Assembly: GCF_018881775.1 (NCBI RefSeq)
Contig: NZ_JACVPR010000001.1
Location: 1,164,318 to 1,196,317 of the forward strand
DNA: 32,000 nt
Direction: 5' to 3'
From: Polynucleobacter sp. MWH-Loch1C5
GTDB lineage: Bacteria > Pseudomonadota > Gammaproteobacteria > Burkholderiales > Burkholderiaceae
Shown: one piece after another, positions 25,540 through 32,000 of the stretch
How the letters are laid out: every line of letters starts with the position of its first letter
Position numbering within the stretch: the stretch's first letter is position 1
Notes under the pieces: generated by a model
Told to the model about the DNA's origin: nothing
Database searches by the model: none
What the model saw: only the letters and a program-made list of their open reading frames with translations
Position numbers and translations under genes: made by a program

Positions 25540-26967
25540 ATGTTGCTAGCTCTGGTGGCACTGTATTTATTGGTCTCAATTGCGATTGGCATGATGAGCG
25601 CGAAAAATGTCCATAATGCGCGCGACTATATTAATGCTGGCCGTAATCTGCCAATGCCCATGGTTTTGGCCATGGTCTTTGCCACATGGTTTGGTGCTGA
25701 AACTGTTCTAGGTATTTCGGCGACTTTCTTGGAAGATGGTTTTAGAGGTTTAATTTCGGATCCGCTGGGCGCTTCACTGTGTTTGGTCATTTTTGGATTG
25801 GTTTTTGCTAGACCTTTATACAAGATGAACCTTCTGACCTTAGGGGACTACTTTAGGATTCGCTATAACAAACAGACGGAAGTGATTTTGTCTTTATGTA
25901 TTGTGGTGTCCTACTTGGGTTGGGTTGCGGCACAGATTACCGCTCTAGGTTTAGTCTTTAACGTTTTATCTTATGATCTCATCAGTCAAGACCAAGGGAT
26001 GGTGATTGGTGCCGCGGTGGTGCTTCTCTACACTCTTTTTGGTGGTATGTGGTCTGTCGCGATTACCACTTTTATACAAATGATCATCATCATTTTGGGC
26101 CTTTTGGCTGTAGCTTGGATGGCTGGTGACATGGCTGGTGGTATAGATAAAGTGATTGCGAGTGCTCACGCAGCCGGTAAATTTGAGTTCTTACCGAAAT
26201 GGGACCTGCTCGATATTGTGACGTGGGTGGGAGCCTTGGTAACGATGGGTCTGGGATCCATTCCTCAGCAAGATGTTTTTGCGAGGGTCAACTCCTCTAA
26301 AAATATTCGGGTGGCCGTTTGGGGGACGACATTGGGTGGTATTGCCTATTTCTTCTTTGCCGCCGTTCCATTGTTCTTGGCCTATTCAGCAACAATGATT
26401 AACCCTGAACTAGTGGCTAAATATTTAGGTCAAGATTCGCAATTAATCTTGCCGATGTTAATCCTGTACGAGATGCCTTTTTACATGCAAGTTATTTTCT
26501 TTGGGGCACTGATATCAGTCATTATGAGTACTGCTTCGGGTACTTTATTGGCGCCTTCGGTGACATTTTCAGAGAACATTCTTAAATCAGTCGTGCCTCA
26601 TATGACTGATCGCCAGTTTTTATGGTCGATGCGCACCACTGTTGCAGTCTTTGCTTGTATCGTCACCTTCTATGCTGTGTACTCCGATGCATCGATTCAT
26701 CATATGGTCGAACATGCCTACCGGATTACTCTTGCGGGAGCCTTTGTACCTTTAGCCGCTGGTCTATTCTGGAAAAAAGCGAGTAATTTAGGCGCTGCCC
26801 TTGCTATTACCTTTGGTTTGGGTGTATGGTTATTACTCGAGTTCACAAGTGTGGAGTTATGGGTGGATCCTCATCTGATTGGATTGGTCGCAAGTGCTAT
26901 AGGTATGGTTTTGGGGACCTTAATGGTGCCACGTCAAGCACATCATCAAGAGGTGCATCATCATTAA
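25540..26967 (+). CDS. Sodium:solute symporter (SSF) family transporter
   Basis: 475-aa ORF with about 12-13 hydrophobic helices. The N-terminal region (DYINAGRNLP...TWFGAETVLG) is typical of the SSF family. Confidence 0.8.
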   Translation: MLLALVALYLLVSIAIGMMSAKNVHNARDYINAGRNLPMPMVLAMVFATWFGAETVLGISATFLEDGFRGLISDPLGASLCLVIFGLVFARPLYKMNLLTLGDYFRIRYNKQTEVILSLCIVVSYLGWVAAQITALGLVFNVLSYDLISQDQGMVIGAAVVLLYTLFGGMWSVAITTFIQMIIIILGLLAVAWMAGDMAGGIDKVIASAHAAGKFEFLPKWDLLDIVTWVGALVTMGLGSIPQQDVFARVNSSKNIRVAVWGTTLGGIAYFFFAAVPLFLAYSATMINPELVAKYLGQDSQLILPMLILYEMPFYMQVIFFGALISVIMSTASGTLLAPSVTFSENILKSVVPHMTDRQFLWSMRTTVAVFACIVTFYAVYSDASIHHMVEHAYRITLAGAFVPLAAGLFWKKASNLGAALAITFGLGVWLLLEFTSVELWVDPHLIGLVASAIGMVLGTLMVPRQAHHQEVHHH

Positions 26968-26968
26968 T

Positions 26969-27280
26969 ATGTTCAAAAAGCTACTGCTTGTTTCTCTCGT
27001 TTTAACGGTGACTGCTTGCACTACTGTTAAAGAGGAGCCTGTAGCTGTGATCCCCTCAGGAGATACGCATTGGACATTAGAGTTCACCTGGTTGTACCGA
27101 GATCGCCCAACACATAAGCAAACCTTCCAGTATGAAAGTCGTCGAGATTGTTTTGATGCGATGTATCAGATGCAAAAAGACGCTAGCAAGAAACGCTTTC
27201 ATGCGGGAGCTGGTTTATGCACCAAGCTATTTGCCGATGGTCAAGAGCGTAACCATAACGATGTCCTCGGCAAGCGCTAA
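26969..27280 (+). CDS. Small lipoprotein of unknown function
   Basis: 103-aa ORF with a signal peptide and lipobox (LVLTVTAC). It starts 1 bp after the symporter stop. Confidence 0.6.
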   Translation: MFKKLLLVSLVLTVTACTTVKEEPVAVIPSGDTHWTLEFTWLYRDRPTHKQTFQYESRRDCFDAMYQMQKDASKKRFHAGAGLCTKLFADGQERNHNDVLGKR

Positions 27281-27297
27281 ATTGCCCTGACTATGGT

Positions 27298-27867
27298 TTA
27301 AGGGCTTATGCGATTGGCCGGCTTAATAAGATCTTTTTTCTGATAACCTAAGGCAGCAGCGCGAGCTAATAAATCATTTTCTAAGGCTTGAGGTAGCTGT
27401 GCTTGTCTTGCAAGTATCCAAAAGAACTTGCCACTAGGCTCACCGATTAAAACCCATGAGTAATCGGGGGCCAAATCAATAATCCAGTAATCGCCATAAA
27501 AAGGACGGAAGAAAGAAACGCGTAATTGAGCGTTTTGACTACCCGGCACTACCTTTGCAATTCCTTTAGCTTGTTTTAGGCTGTGTTGCTTTTGACAGCG
27601 ATTGATCACTTGAATATGTCCGTCATCTCGTAGACTGTAATTGGCAGTCACTATCAAACAGTCCTGATCTTCAAACCAATTGGGAAGGCGATAGATTTCA
27701 TACCAGGTGCCTAGATATTTTTGTAAATCAACACTGGCAACTGTTTTTAATGGCGCAGTACTCTGGCGATAGACCGGTTGACTGGCGCAAGCTGCGAGTA
27801 AGAGGGTGCACAATGAGACTAAGATGGCGCGACCTAAAGAGTATCTATTTAATTGAGCAAATTTCAT
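27298..27867 (-). CDS. blc: Bacterial lipocalin (outer-membrane lipoprotein Blc)
   Basis: Lipobox LLAAC and the lipocalin signature YLGTWYEIYRLPNWFE. The 189-aa size is typical. Confidence 0.85.
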   Translation of the reverse strand: MKFAQLNRYSLGRAILVSLCTLLLAACASQPVYRQSTAPLKTVASVDLQKYLGTWYEIYRLPNWFEDQDCLIVTANYSLRDDGHIQVINRCQKQHSLKQAKGIAKVVPGSQNAQLRVSFFRPFYGDYWIIDLAPDYSWVLIGEPSGKFFWILARQAQLPQALENDLLARAAALGYQKKDLIKPANRISP

Positions 27868-27890
27868 AGTTCAATCGTAAACTATTTTTT

Positions 27891-28538
27891 ATGAAAAAAA
27901 TTAAAGTTTGGGATTTACCCACACGTCTGTTTCATTGGCTATTGGTGATTTCAATGGCTATCACGATGATTTTGATTCATATCGATGGCTTATGGATCGA
28001 TTGGCATGCGCGTTTGGGTTATTTGATACTGGCTTTGATGACTTTTCGTTGGCTGTGGGGCTTTTGGGGTAGTCAGTACGCGCGGTTTAGTCAATTTTTA
28101 AAATCACCCCAAGAGACTTACCAATATATTCAACAAAAAGATCCTGCGACAAAACCGGGCCATAATCCCCTTGGAGCCTGGTCTGTGATGGCCTTATTGT
28201 TATCGATTACCATACAGGCGCTCACGGGCTTATTTATGACAGATGAAATTGCCTTCAATGGCCCCTTGTATGCCTATGTATCGAGTACTTGGGTCGACTA
28301 TTTCATCTGGGTGCACCATCAAAATCAATATGTTTTGATGAGCTTGATTGCATTACATCTGGGCGCAATCTTTTATTATCAAGTGATCAGAAAAAAGGAC
28401 CTCATAGGTCCTATGCGACATGGCTATCAAGAAGTGGATGAGCGGCACTTAGCTGCTGATGATCATTGGCGCTTACGCAGCCGAGCGCTCATCATTTTTC
28501 TAATGAGCGCTCTCGTTTATTTTTATTTCTTTCTATAG
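27891..28538 (+). CDS. Cytochrome b561-type (Ni/Fe-hydrogenase b-type cytochrome family) membrane protein
   Basis: 215-aa ORF with an N-terminal KVWDLPTRLFHWLLV motif, four hydrophobic helices and conserved His residues. Confidence 0.8.
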   Translation: MKKIKVWDLPTRLFHWLLVISMAITMILIHIDGLWIDWHARLGYLILALMTFRWLWGFWGSQYARFSQFLKSPQETYQYIQQKDPATKPGHNPLGAWSVMALLLSITIQALTGLFMTDEIAFNGPLYAYVSSTWVDYFIWVHHQNQYVLMSLIALHLGAIFYYQVIRKKDLIGPMRHGYQEVDERHLAADDHWRLRSRALIIFLMSALVYFYFFL

Positions 28539-28969
28539 TTATCGTGACAAGCTTTACAGGTTTGACCTGCCGCTGCGAATGCTTTTTTAATAGATTCGAG
28601 ATTACCTGATTGTGCTGCGGTATTGAGGTCTGCTACTGCTTTTTGCATTTTATCGGCGCCTGCTTTGAATTTATCGGTTTCTTTCCAGATCTCAGGTTGA
28701 GAGCGACCTCCTTCAGTACCAGGACCAAATGCTTGCCAAGGTAATGCAGCCATCGTGTTGACGATAGCAGCATTCGCAATCACTTCATCTTTGTTGTACG
28801 GCTTTTCACCTTTAACGACTGCGCCAATTCTGGAAAAATGCGCACCCATGACGGCAAAACTACCTTTGCGGTAATTGATGGCATCTTCACTTTTTGCAAA
28901 TTGTGCATAGCTGGTCAGTGGGCTGAGGGTAAGAGTTCCCAAAAGACTAGCCAAAAGAATTTTTCTCAT
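28523..28969 (-). CDS. Cytochrome c' (class II c-type cytochrome)
   Basis: Signal peptide and a C-terminal haem site, CKACHDNYRKK. ATG at 28969 (MRKILLAS) follows AAGGAGAAAAA. Confidence 0.85.
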   Translation of the reverse strand: MRKILLASLLGTLTLSPLTSYAQFAKSEDAINYRKGSFAVMGAHFSRIGAVVKGEKPYNKDEVIANAAIVNTMAALPWQAFGPGTEGGRSQPEIWKETDKFKAGADKMQKAVADLNTAAQSGNLESIKKAFAAAGQTCKACHDNYRKK

Positions 28970-29054
28970 TTTTTCTCCTTTGATATGTGTAAACAACACA
29001 TTCACTTTACTCCTGTATGGAGAAAATATCTTGAATCTTCTAGTGTGATGATTT

Positions 29055-29723
29055 TTAATAAAAAATCATACGTAGTGGTACAAGAATGATGTCAATCAAC
29101 CAGTAGCTGGCACCCATTAGAGGGAACATCCAATATTGGCTGATCAGTCCGCTAATTACTAAGGCCAGTACCACGAAAAAACCGTAAGGCTCAATTCGGG
29201 AAAAGGGAACGGCCCATTTCCAAGGTAATAAGCCGGTCATGATGCGCCCGCCATCGAGGGGTGGTAGTGGGAATAAATTAAATGCAAACATCACGACGTT
29301 GACCAAAATACCTGCCTGACACATTTCAATAAAGAAACGTTCTTGGACTGAATTACCCAATAGAAGGATGTATGCAATGCCCCACAGAACAGCCTGAAAA
29401 AAATTAGAACCTGGGCCCGCTAAGGCGACCCATATCATGTCTCGCTTAGGATGATTTAAGTTGCCAAAACGCACAGGTACAGGTTTGGCATAGCCAAACA
29501 AGAAAGAACCTGCCGTGGCGAGATACAGTGCTGTCGGTATTAATAGAGTGCCAACGGGATCAATATGTTTGATGGGGTTGAGTGTGACTCGGCCTAATTG
29601 ATAGGCGGTATCGTCGCCCAATAACTTGGCGCTATAGCCGTGAGCTGCCTCGTGCAAGGTGATCGCAAAAATAACAGGGATTGCATAAATGGCAATCGTT
29701 TGAATAATGTCATTCATGTTCAT
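29055..29723 (-). CDS. Site-2 protease (peptidase M50) family membrane metalloprotease
   Basis: HEAAHG (HExxH) in the first helix and NLFPLPPLDGGRI (NxxPxxxLDG). The ATG overlaps the copZ stop (ATGA). Confidence 0.88.
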   Translation of the reverse strand: MNMNDIIQTIAIYAIPVIFAITLHEAAHGYSAKLLGDDTAYQLGRVTLNPIKHIDPVGTLLIPTALYLATAGSFLFGYAKPVPVRFGNLNHPKRDMIWVALAGPGSNFFQAVLWGIAYILLLGNSVQERFFIEMCQAGILVNVVMFAFNLFPLPPLDGGRIMTGLLPWKWAVPFSRIEPYGFFVVLALVISGLISQYWMFPLMGASYWLIDIILVPLRMIFY

Positions 29724-29923
29724 GAGGGTTGTGGGCCCACTTCATAGCCGGCCTCTTCAATCGCTTTTTGTAGTTCAGCGTTGGTGAGTGCGGAGTCGAC
29801 TTGGACTGTCTGGGCCCCAATATCGGTCTCAACCTTAGCTTGCGGATCAATGGCGAGAATAGCTTTTTGAATGGCTTGGGTGCAATGACCACAATTCATG
29901 CCAGACACTTTAAATATTTTCAT
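29720..29923 (-). CDS. copZ: Heavy-metal-associated copper chaperone
   Basis: [14 protein letters not shown] metal-binding motif with a ferredoxin-like fold length. ATG at 29923 follows AAGGA. It is divergent from copA. Confidence 0.85.
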   Translation of the reverse strand: MKIFKVSGMNCGHCTQAIQKAILAIDPQAKVETDIGAQTVQVDSALTNAELQKAIEEAGYEVGPQPS

Positions 29924-29984
29924 AACTGAGTCCTTACTGATAGACATCAATGCAGCAAACCGTAATAGCCTTATTATCGAACTT

Positions 29985-32000
29985 ATGAGTCAATTAGTCA
30001 CCTTAAAAATTGATGGTATGACCTGCGCGTCCTGTGTAAGCCGTGTAGAAAAAGCTTTGCAAAAAACATCTGGTGTGCAAGCTGCAAGCGTTAATTTGGC
30101 TACAGAAAAAGCGCAAATACGTATCGAAGATGGTTGGGATCAGGCGCCGCTGGATTTGATCAAGGTGATTGAGCGCACGGGTTATGAAGCCCATCTGCCC
30201 AATATGCCATCTAAAGTCAAAAAGCCATGGTTCGATTTGCATGGGACTTGGGCATTAGGTTTAGCTATCGTTTTATCGCTACCTTTAGTGATGCCAATGA
30301 TCTTCATGCCATGGTGGGGGCATGACGCGATGTTGCCCGCAAGTACTCAATGGCTCTTAGCGACCCCTGTGCAATTTATTTTGGGAGCACGCTTTTATCG
30401 TGCCGGCTGGAAGGGTTTGATGGCGGGTTCTGGAAATATGGACTTGCTAGTAGCTATAGGAACAACAGCCGCCTATTTTTTGAGTTTGTATCACTGGTGG
30501 ATTCTGGGGTCGGATAGTACTCATTTATATTTTGAGAGTTCGGCTGTAGTCATCACTTTGGTGATGTTGGGTAAATGGCTGGAGTCACGTGCGAAACAAA
30601 AAACGACACAAGCGATTACTGCCTTACAAGCTTTATCACCCGTGACAGCACGGTTGATTGCATCAGATAGCGATCAATCTGAGGAGCAATATCAAGAGCT
30701 GCCTATTGCGCAAATCTTACCTGCGGATCGTCTGATTGTTTTGCCAGGCGAGCGTATTCCTGTGGATGGCAGGATCTTAGAGGGAGAATCTTCTTTAGAT
30801 GAAGCCATGCTCACCGGTGAAGCGGATTTAGTCACTAAGCGAGTGGGTGATACTGTGTACAGCGGCTCAATCAACACAGTCGGTCGTCTCATTATCCTTG
30901 CTGAACATGTGGGACAAGACACCTTACTGGCTAAGATGATTCAGATGGTTGAAGATGCGCAGGCTCAAAAAGCGCCAATTCAACGCCTTGTTGATCGCAT
31001 CAGTGCTATTTTTGTGCCAACTGTGATTGTGATTGCGCTACTCACATTCATTACTCATATTTTCATGGGCCGTGACCTTGCATTAGCTCTCATCAATGCT
31101 GTGGCTGTGCTAGTGATTGCATGTCCTTGTGCCTTGGGCTTGGCAACACCGACGGCTATCATGGCAGGTACCGGTTTGGCAGCTAGACGTGGTGTATTCA
31201 TTAAAGATGCTCAGGCTTTGGAGCTCGCTCATCGGATTCAATTGGTTGCTTTTGATAAAACAGGAACTCTGACTTTGGGTCGACCTCATATACATGAGAC
31301 TTATATCAATGATGAGCATGCCCAGCAAGCAATATCCATCTTATACGCCATGCAATCTGCCAGTGAACATCCATTAGCGAAGGCGACTTTGGTATGGATC
31401 AAAGAAAAAAATCTGACTAAAGATATAGTCAGTATTAAAGAAATAACAACATTACCAGGGCAGGGGGTGCGTGCTGAACTTGATAGTGGTGAGCGTTATG
31501 CCTTACTCGGTTATCAACAAGCTCAGGAGTTAGTGCCTGGTATTTCAAATCAAGCTATCGTTGAGCATGCTTTGAAGCAAGGATTATCTATGGCTTGCTT
31601 ATTAGATTTGACGGCAGAAAATTCTTCGAAATTACTGGCAGTCTTAGTATTTGATGATGAGATTAAATCCACAGCTAAAACGACTGTTACACAGCTCAAG
31701 GAGCTAGGTATTCGGGTGGTGATGATTTCTGGTGATCATCTCAGTAGTGCAAAGCGTGTGGCGCATGCAGTCGGCATTACTGAAGTCTATGCCCCGGTAT
31801 TACCTGATCAAAAAGCACATCAAATTGAAGATCTCAAATCAAAAAATCAGATAGTCGCTATGGTTGGTGATGGCATTAATGATGCACCGGCTCTGGCGGC
31901 GGCGGATGTTGGTATTGCTATGTCTACTGGAACGGATATTGCTGTGCATACCGCGGGTATAACGGTGATGCGCGGTGATCCACTCTTGGTGGTTGAAGCG
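29985..32000 (+). CDS. copA: Copper-translocating P1B-type ATPase (3' end beyond window)
   Basis: Read by hand; it is open to the window end so absent from the ORF track. [21 protein letters not shown] domain, CPC at about 31124, DKTGTLT at about 31255, and GDGINDAP at about 31867. Confidence 0.93.
   Translation, partial: MSQLVTLKIDGMTCASCVSRVEKALQKTSGVQAASVNLATEKAQIRIEDGWDQAPLDLIKVIERTGYEAHLPNMPSKVKKPWFDLHGTWALGLAIVLSLPLVMPMIFMPWWGHDAMLPASTQWLLATPVQFILGARFYRAGWKGLMAGSGNMDLLVAIGTTAAYFLSLYHWWILGSDSTHLYFESSAVVITLVMLGKWLESRAKQKTTQAITALQALSPVTARLIASDSDQSEEQYQELPIAQILPADRLIVLPGERIPVDGRILEGESSLDEAMLTGEADLVTKRVGDTVYSGSINTVGRLIILAEHVGQDTLLAKMIQMVEDAQAQKAPIQRLVDRISAIFVPTVIVIALLTFITHIFMGRDLALALINAVAVLVIACPCALGLATPTAIMAGTGLAARRGVFIKDAQALELAHRIQLVAFDKTGTLTLGRPHIHETYINDEHAQQAISILYAMQSASEHPLAKATLVWIKEKNLTKDIVSIKEITTLPGQGVRAELDSGERYALLGYQQAQELVPGISNQAIVEHALKQGLSMACLLDLTAENSSKLLAVLVFDDEIKSTAKTTVTQLKELGIRVVMISGDHLSSAKRVAHAVGITEVYAPVLPDQKAHQIEDLKSKNQIVAMVGDGINDAPALAAADVGIAMSTGTDIAVHTAGITVMRGDPLLVVEA

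Noticed and set aside
28523-28538. 16-bp convergent overlap of the cytochrome b561 and cytochrome c' genes
   Set aside because: Short 3'-end overlaps of convergent genes are common, as also seen here for folE2/tsaD and ZIP/sseA. There is no additional signal.

Overview
The window is a moderately AT-rich betaproteobacterial (Burkholderiales-like) chromosomal backbone. The taxon is inferred from gene order and protein motifs only. The backbone is housekeeping: thrB, DUF2782-like ORF, polA; dienelactone hydrolase, ZIP transporter; sseA, Rieske oxygenase; xseB-ispA-dxs-folE2; tsaD divergent from the macromolecular-synthesis operon rpsU-yqeY-dnaG-rpoD; then phasin, Na+/solute symporter, lipocalin Blc, cytochrome b561 and c', site-2 protease, copZ, copA (runs off the window end). 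The accessory part is a ~5.7-kb integrative element at 18968-24704, inserted just downstream of rpoD. It splits a host tRNA with a CAT anticodon (tRNA-Ile2/ileX-like) inside the anticodon loop. The two halves (18936-18977 and 24695-24739) join across a shared 10-bp core, CTCATAATCC, into a perfect 77-nt cloverleaf. The insertion does not regenerate the gene. Instead the element carries its own complete CAT-anticodon tRNA (19317-19391) in a small-ORF/tRNA/terminator cassette. Its genes are T-poor on the coding strand and use many ATA (Ile) and AGG (Arg) codons. Other element genes are a 453-aa tyrosine integrase, a 146-aa plus 56-aa operon of unknown function, a putative HUH rolling-circle Rep-like protein followed by a hairpin and 10-bp-phased AACA repeats, a second catalytic-domain-only tyrosine recombinase, and a SAM-dependent methyltransferase with host-like composition. 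Also notable is RpoD, which has a ~215-residue N-terminal extension starting with a histone-H1/AlgP-like KPAA array encoded by three 96-bp tandem repeats. No CRISPR array, rRNA or classical defence genes were seen.
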